Origin: Pyrinomonadaceae bacterium
GTDB lineage: Bacteria; Acidobacteriota; Blastocatellia; Pyrinomonadales; Pyrinomonadaceae
DNA length: 59,770 bases
Direction of reading: 5' to 3'
NCBI GenBank assembly: GCA_041748975.1
Contig: JBGTCF010000146.1
Location: 1-59,770, forward strand
Every line of letters begins with the position of its first letter. The stretch's first letter is position 1. The notes beneath the pieces were generated by a model. The model worked only from the letters and a program-made list of their open reading frames with translations. It did no database searches and was not told the DNA's origin. Made by a program: the position numbers and the translations under genes. Below, one piece after another: positions 40,629 to 49,769 of the stretch.

Positions 40629-40943
40629 ATGCCGAGGCAAAGGAGCTTGAAGCAGCCTACGTCTCGGGCACGGTCGATCAACGGTGCGAACACCCCGAGC
40701 GTCAGCATCTCGGGAAGAGTGCTGACCCCAGCAGGAGGCGGGCTCCGCAACGCACAGGTGACCATCACCGACGCCGCCGGCACCCGACGCACCGTACTCA
40801 CAAGCTACTACCAGTTCGACGCAGTGGCCACGGGTCGGCAGTACCGCCTAAGCGTCTCATCCAGACGCTACCGCTTCGCCAACCGCACCGTCGAGATTTC
40901 AGCAGACGTCAGGTGCTGGGACTCGGGCCAATGTTACCGATGA
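40629..40943 (+). pseudogene. Orphan CarboxypepD_reg-like C-terminal fragment (probable gene remnant)
   Basis: ..VSISGRVLTPAGGGLRNAQVTITDAAGTRRTVLTS.YQFDAVATGRQYRLSVSSRRYRFANRTVEI.. with no credible N-terminus. It ends where the AT-rich phage-like module begins. Confidence 0.45.
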
Positions 40944-41010
40944 CTTCTGACATATTAGCGACAGCATATTATACGGTGAAATATATTAGACACTCTGATA
41001 TACTTTCTCT

Positions 41011-41745
41011 ATGATTTATGGCCCTGCGAACATTGCGGAATCAGCTAGGCCGAAACGGACCACAACGGGCCGGAAGTGCAGTGTTTGCACCCACTCAGGG
41101 GTGGCGACCATCAATAAAGCTATATACGATGGCAAGTCGTTTCGTGGCATTTCGTTAAACTACGGGATGAGCAACATGAGCGTGTCCCGACACGCCGAGA
41201 ACTGCCTCAAACTGGATCTACAGGCATTGCTCAAGGAGGGAAAGGTCAGTAAGGCCATTGATGTTTACGAGGAGTTCTGTGAACAGCTTGCCTTTGTAAA
41301 GAAGGCTCGTGCCGCCGCCGAAAAGTGGATGGTAGACCCCACCGACGACGAGGCTTTCAGTGTCGATCCAAGAGCCACAGAGGTCGCGGTCGTCTATTAC
41401 GATTCCTTGGTGACTGACGCACAGGGCAACCCCACCCGCCAGAAGGCGTCCCTACAAGAGTTACTAGACCGGATCGGCGGTGGTAGATACCAGGTTCGCG
41501 ATCACACCATCCGGACCATTGATCTGCGTGAATACGCTCTAAAAACGATAGACAAGTGTGATCTCACCATCGCCCAGTTCGCAAAGTTGAGCGGAGCCTA
41601 TACGAAAGATAAAGGTAACCCAGCCACCGTTAGAGAGATTGCCGAAGAAGTGACCGCAAAGCTCGTTGCTCGGGGGTGGACGGAAGAAAAAGCCCGGGCA
41701 TTTACCGCTCAGAACTATCCCGACATCTCGGATGCTGTCCATTGA
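41011..41745 (+). CDS. Putative small terminase / DNA-binding protein (Zn-ribbon plus HTH N-terminus)
   Basis: CSVC....I......G.SFRGIS..YGMS..SVSRHAENC; lies immediately upstream of, and overlaps, TerL. Confidence 0.45.
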   Translation: MIYGPANIAESARPKRTTTGRKCSVCTHSGVATINKAIYDGKSFRGISLNYGMSNMSVSRHAENCLKLDLQALLKEGKVSKAIDVYEEFCEQLAFVKKARAAAEKWMVDPTDDEAFSVDPRATEVAVVYYDSLVTDAQGNPTRQKASLQELLDRIGGGRYQVRDHTIRTIDLREYALKTIDKCDLTIAQFAKLSGAYTKDKGNPATVREIAEEVTAKLVARGWTEEKARAFTAQNYPDISDAVH

Positions 41746-43684
41746 CGAACAAGAATACGCTGAAGCAATAGCGATCGCTACGGAGATCGAGCGGCAGCGG
41801 GACTTCGTAAACCAGACCGCGATCGTCTCGCCCTACGTTGGACACGAGTGGGCCGCGCATTACTTTCCTCAACAGTTCAACCGTCCGTTCGCAGCATACC
41901 AGAAACAATTTTGGGAATGGGGATGGAACATTGAATCGACCGGCTATGTTCGCCCTCGCATTGAGTGCCAGCCCCGAGGCGTTGGTAAATCCACCAATGC
42001 GGAGGCATGGGTGACCTCGCTGATCGCCCGAAAAAAACGGCGCATGATCGGCTACGTGTCTCTGGAGGAAGACAAGGCTGGTAAGCATTTTGATTCCATC
42101 AAAGCACTGCTTGAGACACCCGCCCTTCTCAGGGACTATCCGCACTGCAGGCCCAAAGTTCAGAAATTACGTAATATGGCTGCCCAGTGGTCGAGGGAGG
42201 CGATCGTTACGGCCTCGGACGCAATGGTGGTGCCTCTCTCACTTCAGGGCAGTTCCCGCGGCTGGAAGTCCCCGATCGGCACGAGGTTCGACGTGATCGT
42301 TCTGGACGACATCGATAAGCTAGGCATGAGCCCTCAGTTCGTGAAGAAGCTCATTGAACTGCTAAAAGGCGAGATCCTTGCCGCGGGTAACGATGACACT
42401 GTTGTGCTGATGCCCCAAAATCTTATATACCGTGACTCTATCTGTTCGCAGATCCTAGATCACCGAGCAGACATACTGTCGGATCGTATCTTCTGCGGTC
42501 CGTACCCCCTGCTTACCCGTTATGATGCCGAAAAGGTCGATATTCCAGGGGACCACAGCAACGCCAAGGAATGGGTGATCACCAACGGCGAGGCATACGA
42601 CCCAGCGATATCGGTTGAGTATGCCAATAAGTTACTCAATAAGTTCGGCAAAGCTACGTTCGATCGTGAGTGTCAACAGGATGTGAAAAAGGTCGAAGAG
42701 GACAGGGACTTCCGGGAATGGGATGAGGTGTTCCACGTCATTACATACTCCGAGTTCAAAGAGTTCTTCGATCGATATGCGGTAAACGTCTGGAGCGATT
42801 CTCGCCGACATCCGATCATACCCTCAAACTGGAATGTCGGCCTTGGACTCGACTGGGGCACTACGATCGCACACCCAACCGCGGTCGCCGCTATCGCCCG
42901 TCCGAATCAGTCCGCGCCGCTCAATGACTGCTTCTTTGCCTTCACTGAGGTCATACTGCCTGCATTCCCTCACAACATAGGTGAGGACGTGCCTCTGGTC
43001 AGCCCTGGCCGCGTGGCATCGGCCCTCAAGATGGCGTTGGCAGAATGGAATGTGGGCGATCACCAGATCAAGCAGCACCTGATGAGCCACGAAGCCAGTG
43101 CTGCACTCAACACGATGCGAATGGATCTGGCGGATGACCTCAAGACCTTCTTTAACAAGTGGAGGCCGAAGAGAGGCTCGGGTGTGCCTCAGGTACAGAA
43201 CCTGCTGGAGATCGATCACTCCAAAGATCACCCCTTCCGTGCCGGGATCATCGGTCGGCCGAGATTTTACATGGTTGTGCCGGACGAACAGGGGGAACTG
43301 CTGCTTGGTGAGATGGGAAACCGTTACGTGGCTCAGCCGACGAACTACAAGGGGCTTGTCCGAGCCCGATATGAGCTTCCGCTGTACAGCCATCAGAATA
43401 GTGGCCAAAGCAAAACTGATGATGACTACGTAGATGCTCTGCTTGGTCTAATGAACGTATTCGGGGTATACAGCGAACCCCTCTCACCCGCCGAGGAACG
43501 GGAGAACCTTGTGCCGCCTAGCCTTCGCCTTTCAGCGATCGAGAGAAGATCTGATTCGCAACCCGCAGAGCTAACTAGCCGCCAGATACAAACCAACAAC
43601 GCCTATGCTGCTCTGGGGGCCAGGTTGGCCCGCCGGCAAGAAGAAGCAGATGAAGGAGACGCGAGCGGCTACTTTAGTCTGTGA
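41732..43684 (+). CDS. terL: Phage terminase large subunit
   Basis: Walker A QPRGVGKST, Walker B FDVIVLDDID, RNaseH-like nuclease motifs GLDWGTT and DDDYVDALLG. I place the start at the internal ATG (MLSIDEQ..); the ORF track starts at 41666. Confidence 0.8.
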   Translation: MLSIDEQEYAEAIAIATEIERQRDFVNQTAIVSPYVGHEWAAHYFPQQFNRPFAAYQKQFWEWGWNIESTGYVRPRIECQPRGVGKSTNAEAWVTSLIARKKRRMIGYVSLEEDKAGKHFDSIKALLETPALLRDYPHCRPKVQKLRNMAAQWSREAIVTASDAMVVPLSLQGSSRGWKSPIGTRFDVIVLDDIDKLGMSPQFVKKLIELLKGEILAAGNDDTVVLMPQNLIYRDSICSQILDHRADILSDRIFCGPYPLLTRYDAEKVDIPGDHSNAKEWVITNGEAYDPAISVEYANKLLNKFGKATFDRECQQDVKKVEEDRDFREWDEVFHVITYSEFKEFFDRYAVNVWSDSRRHPIIPSNWNVGLGLDWGTTIAHPTAVAAIARPNQSAPLNDCFFAFTEVILPAFPHNIGEDVPLVSPGRVASALKMALAEWNVGDHQIKQHLMSHEASAALNTMRMDLADDLKTFFNKWRPKRGSGVPQVQNLLEIDHSKDHPFRAGIIGRPRFYMVVPDEQGELLLGEMGNRYVAQPTNYKGLVRARYELPLYSHQNSGQSKTDDDYVDALLGLMNVFGVYSEPLSPAEERENLVPPSLRLSAIERRSDSQPAELTSRQIQTNNAYAALGARLARRQEEADEGDASGYFSL

Positions 43685-43871
43685 TCTGCTCCCGCTCCTG
43701 AACTGGCGATGATTCCGGTGAGTTCACTAACTCCTTTTCAGACTCGTTCAGAAAACCCTCGTACGCTTGGCGAAATAGCTCGCGTAATTCTTGATTGGGG
43801 GTGTACGCTGGCAGATATTCGCGGCCACAACAGATTATCTCGGGTTGGTCGGTTTCCTTTAGGTCTTCCAT
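43674..43871 (-). CDS. Hypothetical small acidic protein
   Basis: 65-aa ORF only. Confidence 0.25.
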   Translation of the reverse strand: MEDLKETDQPEIICCGREYLPAYTPNQELRELFRQAYEGFLNESEKELVNSPESSPVQEREQITD

Positions 43872-43991
43872 TTCTTTCTCGATCTCGCAAAAACAGGTTT
43901 TTCACGTATACACGATGAGGTCATTGATAAGATGCGCGATCTAGCTCGTTTCGGGTGTCTAATGAACATCTACTCCCGACAACAAGCAAAT

Positions 43992-44023
43992 AGCGTGGTC
44001 GAGTCTCCCACACCTCGACCACG
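43992..44023. terminator. Perfect 11-bp stem-loop GCGTGGTCGAG-N10-CTCGACCACGC
   Basis: Read directly. It lies in the non-coding gap after the terminase genes. The trailing sequence is only weakly T-rich, so terminator function is uncertain. Confidence 0.4.
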
Positions 44024-44118
44024 CCTTAGTATTTGCAGAAATTGAGACAGGGCGCCTCAAATCCCTAGAAAAATATAATCCTAAAAGCTCCCAATCTCAA
44101 GTCTCGAATTCAGAATAA

Positions 44119-44475
44119 GTGCACATGAAGGGGCATCGAGTTATGGATTATACTGCTGGACAGATGTCGCGTTATGTTTATGACAAACTGACCGTCGCGT
44201 GTCTTGAGCCAAAACACCACCGGCCCCATGAGATTCGAGAGGCTGTCGAATATCTAAAGACAATAGACCAGACGAGATTTACCGGCCTACGGGCCGAAGT
44301 AGACACTAGAGCCGGTCCTTACTTATTGCGGGCAATTGTTTTAATACCCCTGTCAGACATTATTGGCAAAACTCCGAAACAGGCCTGGGAAATTTTCGCT
44401 TCCGGCGCTGATGAGCAACGCGAGAGTTTATGGAAAAGCACTTGGCAGCCGCAGATCCAAAAGCAGATAGCGTGA
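44119..44475 (+). CDS. Hypothetical protein
   Basis: 118-aa ORF only. Confidence 0.3.
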   Translation: MHMKGHRVMDYTAGQMSRYVYDKLTVACLEPKHHRPHEIREAVEYLKTIDQTRFTGLRAEVDTRAGPYLLRAIVLIPLSDIIGKTPKQAWEIFASGADEQRESLWKSTWQPQIQKQIA

Positions 44476-44641
44476 TCCCGGCTCCGCGAAACCGCGCTAT
44501 CTTCTTGGCACCCTAATATCAAGACGGGCCATCCATACCGCTAAGAGCTTTTACTGACCGCAGTCTGTAGGCTGATTGCCCCGGAGATTGGTATCGCTTA
44601 TTGAGGCTTGAGAATCGCTACAAAACTTAGGTTGATGATTG

Positions 44642-44661
44642 TTAACCATTGGGTCGCAAGG
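44642..44661 (+). other. Degenerate tRNA-Lys-like segment in inverted orientation, about 100 bp past the integrase stop
   Basis: TTAACCATTGGGTCGCA matches the tRNA-Lys sense sequence TTAACCACTGGGTCGCA at 16 of 17 positions (complement of 59698..59714). Confidence 0.6.
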
Positions 44662-44762
44662 CACCGATTGTCGTCGAAACCTTTGGTTTAGAATGGGTTA
44701 GGCATACTCGGCATCGTACTTAAAGGGCCCGCGTGTGCCGGGCGGGCGCCATCCGTCGGATT

Positions 44763-45959
44763 CTAGGTCGCAAACATCAGTTTTTCGATCTGATCGGTAG
44801 CATCGGTCTGCATGGCTGGTAGGACATGTGAATAGGTGTCTAGGGTCAAAACAATCGAAGCATGTCCGAGGCGTTCCGATACTATCTTAGGATTTATCCC
44901 TTTCGAAAGCAGGAGCGTAGCCATTGTATGACGCAGATCATACAATCTAATTGTTTTCAATTCCGGCTTCTTATCTGTTCGATCTTCGTTTTCCTTCCTG
45001 ATCTTCTCATTTGCTAACCTTATGACCTTCTTAAAGTGCCTCCGATAGAAATTCTGGTGTTGGATCGGGGTGCCTATAACCGACGGGAATACAAGGTCGT
45101 AGTCTTGATATACATCATTGATCTTCATTCTCGATTCCAGTTGCTTGACGCGGTGCACTTTCAAGGCGGCTAGTGACGTCTTCGAAAGCGGAATGCTTCG
45201 CCGACTCTGTTTTGTCTTCGGCTCCTCGAAAGCGAATCCGCCGCCCTTGAGCGGAACGACAGATCGGCGGACGGACAAACGGGAATTGTCAAAGTCTATA
45301 TCCTTCCACTGGAGGCCAAGATACTCCTCCGGCCTCATACCCGTCTCGATGGCTAGTAGGAAGGCCGGATAATACTGATCGGTTTTTGCCGCTTCGAGGA
45401 ATATGGCAGTCTCCAAGGCGGTAAAATACATCATCTCCTTCTTCTCAATTCGTGGGAGTTCGCAAAGATCGCAGGGATTTTGAAAGACCATTTTCATCCT
45501 CACGGCCCACTCTAATGCCGGGGAAAGAACGTTATGGACGTGGCGGACAGTTTTTGCAGAATAACCTGCTTTGACCATGCCGTTATACATCTTCTGAATT
45601 TCGTATGCTTGGAGATCGCAGAGCCGGGTCAAACCAATTTGCTTTCTGACATGGCATCTCAACAGAGATTTATAACCCTCAAACGTCCGACTTCGGAGTT
45701 TATTCTTAGCAACATCCTCCAGCCAGCTATCTAGAAATTGGTCTAGAGGCATCGAGGCCGGGTCAACAAATATGCCTAGATCTTTTTCGCGTAGCTTTGC
45801 AGTCAAGAATTTCTGAGCGTCCTTCTTCGTGCCGTGAATGGTCTTACCGAAGTACTTCCGTTTGCCGCTTGCATCCCGGCCAAGAAAGATCCGCACCAAC
45901 CACGTATCCTCCATTACTGAGCCATTTCGACGTTTTTGTTTCCGTATTTGTCCCGCCAT
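44763..45959 (-). CDS. int: Tyrosine site-specific integrase
   Basis: 398 aa with catalytic-residue contexts ETGMRPEE (R), LRHTMAT (HxxR), GHASI and DTYSH (Y). Confidence 0.9.
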   Translation of the reverse strand: MAGQIRKQKRRNGSVMEDTWLVRIFLGRDASGKRKYFGKTIHGTKKDAQKFLTAKLREKDLGIFVDPASMPLDQFLDSWLEDVAKNKLRSRTFEGYKSLLRCHVRKQIGLTRLCDLQAYEIQKMYNGMVKAGYSAKTVRHVHNVLSPALEWAVRMKMVFQNPCDLCELPRIEKKEMMYFTALETAIFLEAAKTDQYYPAFLLAIETGMRPEEYLGLQWKDIDFDNSRLSVRRSVVPLKGGGFAFEEPKTKQSRRSIPLSKTSLAALKVHRVKQLESRMKINDVYQDYDLVFPSVIGTPIQHQNFYRRHFKKVIRLANEKIRKENEDRTDKKPELKTIRLYDLRHTMATLLLSKGINPKIVSERLGHASIVLTLDTYSHVLPAMQTDATDQIEKLMFAT

Positions 45960-46077
45960 TTTTCCTCCAATGAGTACATGTCTTCTGAATTAACTATATA
46001 ATTCTTTCTAGTCTTTAGCAAGCGGTTCTATACAATTGTTTATAGAGTTTCACCTGCGGTTTTGTTATTCTCTTGTT

Positions 46078-46266
46078 ATGGGACTAATTACCGTAACCGA
46101 GGCCGCTGATCGACTTCAAATTTCGGTTCCAAGGGTTCATCAGCTCATCCAGTCAGGAAGGCTGCCCGCTCATAAGTTTGGTTCGCAATATGCAATAAAG
46201 GAATCTGATCTCAAGCTCGTCGAGAATCGTAAGCCTGGTCGTCCATCAAAGGTCCCGCGTGGGTGA
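46078..46266 (+). CDS. xis: Excisionase-family HTH DNA-binding protein
   Basis: ITVTEAADRLQISVPRVHQLIQSGRLPAHKFG; divergent from int. Confidence 0.7.
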   Translation: MGLITVTEAADRLQISVPRVHQLIQSGRLPAHKFGSQYAIKESDLKLVENRKPGRPSKVPRG

Positions 46267-46647
46267 CAATCGGTTTTTCGTTTTGGCCATCTGTCGGACG
46301 TACCTTACTCGCTCCAATAAATTAACGTCCTTGTTCTTGATCCAATAGCCAAGAGGAAAGATTTTGGCAAGTTCGCATGTGCTGCGATACATATACGCGA
46401 AGTAAGCGATCCGGTCGTTCTCCACTAAGTCTTTCATGACGGCATCGAATTCTTCTGCATTATCACGATCAACTTTGTCTAATTTCCTCCTCACCTCCAG
46501 GTATAGCTCCTCATAATCGTCCGGATTTATATAAGCGTCGTCCAAGGACGATCTCCACTGATCGGCGAGCAACTTCCAATCCTCCGTCGTAATAAACGTA
46601 TGGTTGGACTTCCATATTCGATCGACCCTGTTACGCATCCTGCTCAC
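46246..46647 (-). CDS. Hypothetical protein
   Basis: 133-aa ORF; 4-nt overlap with the upstream gene. Confidence 0.4.
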   Translation of the reverse strand: MSRMRNRVDRIWKSNHTFITTEDWKLLADQWRSSLDDAYINPDDYEELYLEVRRKLDKVDRDNAEEFDAVMKDLVENDRIAYFAYMYRSTCELAKIFPLGYWIKNKDVNLLERVRYVRQMAKTKNRLSPTRDL

Positions 46648-47027
46648 GGCGTCTTCTCCTTGGCAGTCACAGTCGCCTCAAGATATTCGAGCCTGTTTTC
46701 AATATCCAGAACCTCCATGCCCCGAATCGCTTGCTCCAGAACGATTTGAGCCGCCCGGATTTCCGCGGCTGGGTTTTCGCAGGTTAGATTTTTTTCGAGC
46801 GCATCGATGGCCTGAAAAGAGAGGCTCTGGATCTTGGCTATGGTGTTTTCTAGGATTCCCCGTCTTGCTTTTCGATATTCAGCTAGGAAAACCTCTGTTT
46901 GCATCCAGCGCCAGTATGTTTTTACAGCGACCTTTGCCTTCCGGCATGCTTCGTCGATTGTCCGCTCAGTCAGCAAAAGCGGGATCAATTTCTCTTGTTT
47001 TGTAGAAATCTCGCTAGAACTTTTCAT
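46644..47027 (-). CDS. Putative HTH DNA-binding protein
   Basis: N-terminal LLLTERTIDEACRKAKVAVKTYWRWM resembles phage regulatory/terS-type HTHs. Confidence 0.35.
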   Translation of the reverse strand: MKSSSEISTKQEKLIPLLLTERTIDEACRKAKVAVKTYWRWMQTEVFLAEYRKARRGILENTIAKIQSLSFQAIDALEKNLTCENPAAEIRAAQIVLEQAIRGMEVLDIENRLEYLEATVTAKEKTP

Positions 47028-47073
47028 ATCTTTCTATTTCTTTTATCTTTATCGACCCCGTCATGTTTCTGGG

Positions 47074-47107
47074 TTTCTAGGTACACGTATATACGAATAC
47101 CTAGAAA
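47074..47107. promoter_or_regulatory. 34-bp near-perfect palindrome TTTCTAGGTA-CA-CGTATATACG-AA-TACCTAGAAA
   Basis: Read directly; lies between the primase-helicase stop and the next gene's start. Confidence 0.6.
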
Positions 47108-47123
47108 ACCTGGAAACCGAGCT

Positions 47124-48929
47124 TTACTCCTCAACATCACTAAGGACTTCGTAGACATACGGTTTCCCCCGCTTACCCTCCCCTTCTCGACCAATTTTGG
47201 CTTCATCAACCAATTCCCTCAGAGCTTTCGCCAGAATACCGTGATTGAATCCCTCGATCCGCTCTTTGATTACCTTCTCCTCCAGCTTTTCGTCCGGCGA
47301 AAAGACCTCTAAAATCGCAGACTTCGCTTTCGCTCGGGTTAGGTGACTCAGATCGCCCATTCCCCTTATTATGCCGGTATCGTTGTCCAATTCGACTACG
47401 GTTTCTGGCATATCCTCACCGTACCTCTGCGTCGTCATCAACGTTCGTCGACCGTCTTTCTTTCTCATTTGAATATGACAGTCAACTGACCCAAAAAGAG
47501 CTGTAGAGCCTAATAAAGCGTCGCCTCCGGTCCGGTCCATTTTCGAGTCGTGATGCAAAGCGAGTATATGGCATCCGCTTCTGCGGGCGAGATCGATAAA
47601 TGGCTCAAGTCCTCTGGACATGGATCCGTAATCATTAAAATCGCGAACCCGTAATACTCTGGACAACGGATCGATAATCACGAGGATCGGTTGATACTCT
47701 GCTATCGCTAGTTCGAGTTCTTTTATCGCTTCTTCCGGGGTCGCCCCAGTGTGTATGTAAATGTCGTCGCAATTCTGGTCCATACGCTCGAAATGGTTAC
47801 GAACCTCCGAGCGTTTTTCTTCGAGGCAAAGGTATAACACCGGTCCTTTCGAAGTCGGACGGTCGAGGAACGCCGATCCAGAGGCAACAGAAACTGTGAG
47901 ATTTCGTGCCACGGTTGATTTGCCGACCTTTGGCTTTGCCGAGCAAAGTGAGAACCCCCCACACGGAAGGGTTCTGTCCCATACAAACGAAATTTCCTCA
48001 GCCGGCTCATTTAGTAACTCGTTAAGCGTTGTGAAATGGAATTTTGAGGTGATGATCGCCGCCCCAGCAACGTTAGGCTTCCAAGGATCGGCGCGTTGGA
48101 CCAGATCCATTAGATCATCTGCCGTTCCACCATTTTCAATGAAACCACTAACATCCCCTTTATCCGGCAGACCCGGAAGGTTTACGATCAGCGTCTCTTT
48201 CGTAATACCATTCAAAGATTCCGCAACGCTCGCCGAATGGTCGAGGCCCGCGCCGTCATTATCAGGCAGGATGACAACGACCTTGCCCTCGAACCATCGA
48301 TTGAACTTCGACTTCCACTTCCCCGCTCCGAACGGGTTACACGTACCGGTTAGACCAACGCTTCGTAGAGTTTCAACATCTTTCTCTCCCTCGACAATGT
48401 AAATCAAATCAGATTTGACCACCTCTGGTAGGTTATAAGGAATCAACTCGACACCCTTCAAGTTATAGATCCATCCGTCTGCCTTCGGGGCCTCGCCCTC
48501 ATGCTGCCGTCGTTTGGCGACGAAATCCTTGTCCTCGCTGCCGTCGCGATATGTCAATTTTAGCCTCACAATCGTGTAAACCGGGTCACCCCGCACATCC
48601 AAGTAGTGGTAATCGGCAACCGGCTCCTTCGAAATGGGTGCACCTCTCTCTGACTTAGCTTTTTTGAAAGCGTTCTTCGACGAATGGGACGATCCGTCCT
48701 GTCGCGCCGTAGCAATCTCGTACCCTGTATTGCCCGAGAGACTTGGACGTATGGCGTTTATCACTTCTTCATAAGTGCAACCCGCATGACAATGAAGGAG
48801 CAATATACCGCCCTTCTCAGTAATACTTAATGAAGGGTTCCGATCGTCGTGGGCCGGACACAGCGCCATGTACCCATGCCCGTTCTTCTTCACTCGCTCG
48901 AGGCGGATCAAGACTTCCTGGAGATTCAT
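47124..48929 (-). CDS. Primase-helicase (CHC2 zinc finger + Toprim + RecA/RepA-like P-loop ATPase)
   Basis: CPAHDDRNPSLSI...HCHAGC, Toprim IVEGEKDVETL / ILPDNDGAGL, Walker A AKPKVGKST, Walker B LVIIDPLSRV. The start at 48929 has a GGAGGTG RBS and an ATGA overlap with the upstream ORF. Confidence 0.85.
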   Translation of the reverse strand: MNLQEVLIRLERVKKNGHGYMALCPAHDDRNPSLSITEKGGILLLHCHAGCTYEEVINAIRPSLSGNTGYEIATARQDGSSHSSKNAFKKAKSERGAPISKEPVADYHYLDVRGDPVYTIVRLKLTYRDGSEDKDFVAKRRQHEGEAPKADGWIYNLKGVELIPYNLPEVVKSDLIYIVEGEKDVETLRSVGLTGTCNPFGAGKWKSKFNRWFEGKVVVILPDNDGAGLDHSASVAESLNGITKETLIVNLPGLPDKGDVSGFIENGGTADDLMDLVQRADPWKPNVAGAAIITSKFHFTTLNELLNEPAEEISFVWDRTLPCGGFSLCSAKPKVGKSTVARNLTVSVASGSAFLDRPTSKGPVLYLCLEEKRSEVRNHFERMDQNCDDIYIHTGATPEEAIKELELAIAEYQPILVIIDPLSRVLRVRDFNDYGSMSRGLEPFIDLARRSGCHILALHHDSKMDRTGGDALLGSTALFGSVDCHIQMRKKDGRRTLMTTQRYGEDMPETVVELDNDTGIIRGMGDLSHLTRAKAKSAILEVFSPDEKLEEKVIKERIEGFNHGILAKALRELVDEAKIGREGEGKRGKPYVYEVLSDVEE

Positions 48930-49447
48930 GCCCACCTCCTGAGATGTATGCCAATGTTCTGGAGAACTCGCTCGATCAAACGTTCCGCAGCCTTCGCGTC
49001 GAGTGAAAGCACTAGTTGGAGGCAATCTTTGCAGATCACCGGGCACGATGTTAGGCGATCGAAACCGACCGGCGAATTACAGCGGTAGCAGCGGAACAAA
49101 CGAATGACCCTGTTTCGCCGCGGTTCCGGGTTCTTTTCTTCGTTCGTGCGCTCCGTGCTTTTTTCAGTTCGTCGGGTGAAAAGACAGTCCGAGCACCGTG
49201 GCGTCGCCTTTCCTCGCAGTTCATAGGTCCGCTTCACTTGCCTTCTGCACTTATCGCACCGTATCGAAGGGGCCTCTCCCTCGGGCTTGTATTCGTGTGA
49301 TATAATCAGCGTTGTTAGACCTTTGATCTGTGAGTTCATTTCGGGGTTTGATCCGGTGCCGAAGCTCGAATCTTCGGCACTTTCTTTATCTGTATTCCAA
49401 AAATCTTTGTTACTTTTCATCCTGTTCTCCTCCTTGAAGGTTTCCAC
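48926..49447 (-). CDS. Cys-rich (double zinc-ribbon-like) hypothetical protein
   Basis: CDKC...CSDC and CYRC...CKDC pairs; translationally coupled to the primase. Confidence 0.45.
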   Translation of the reverse strand: METFKEENRMKSNKDFWNTDKESAEDSSFGTGSNPEMNSQIKGLTTLIISHEYKPEGEAPSIRCDKCRRQVKRTYELRGKATPRCSDCLFTRRTEKSTERTNEEKNPEPRRNRVIRLFRCYRCNSPVGFDRLTSCPVICKDCLQLVLSLDAKAAERLIERVLQNIGIHLRRWA

Positions 49448-49610
49448 CTTCTTCGAGCCATCGCGTTACTGCGTTTTTCGAAAATCTGTATTGCCGTTCA
49501 CCTAGACGTATTACCGGGAGCAGCCCTCTTCGAGCCAGTTCGTAAACACGTTGCCGGTCAACTCGCAACAATTCAGCCACCTCATCTGCTACCAAAATAG
49601 ACTTGTCCAT
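49410..49610 (-). CDS. Excisionase/MerR-like HTH DNA-binding protein
   Basis: VADEVAELLRVDRQRVYELARRGLLPVIRLGERQYRF; RBS GGAGGTG before the ATG at 49610. Confidence 0.65.
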   Translation of the reverse strand: MDKSILVADEVAELLRVDRQRVYELARRGLLPVIRLGERQYRFSKNAVTRWLEEGGNLQGGEQDEK

Positions 49611-49769
49611 TTCAATCACCTCCCAAAAAAAAGAGTCCGGTACGAGAATTCCTCGTCCGGACTCAAGATCGCCTATCCAAAATGGAAGCGTCAAAAGATT
49701 TTTTTGAATATTCGTAAAAACGCCTGGCTAATTCGGAAGATGCAAAACCGGTCTTTGCTCATTCCACCT

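Noticed and set aside
32100-40801. Dozens of 60-260-aa minus-strand and off-frame ORFs (for example 35538..36317 and 36639..37163)
   Set aside because: All lie inside the 9-kb giant gene. They are shadow frames typical of GC-rich, repeat-rich coding DNA, and none has its own motif.
42824-43408. 194-aa minus-strand ORF
   Set aside because: Antisense to TerL, inside its nuclease domain.
47761-48402. 213-aa plus-strand ORF
   Set aside because: Antisense to the primase-helicase (Toprim and Walker motifs lie on the minus strand).
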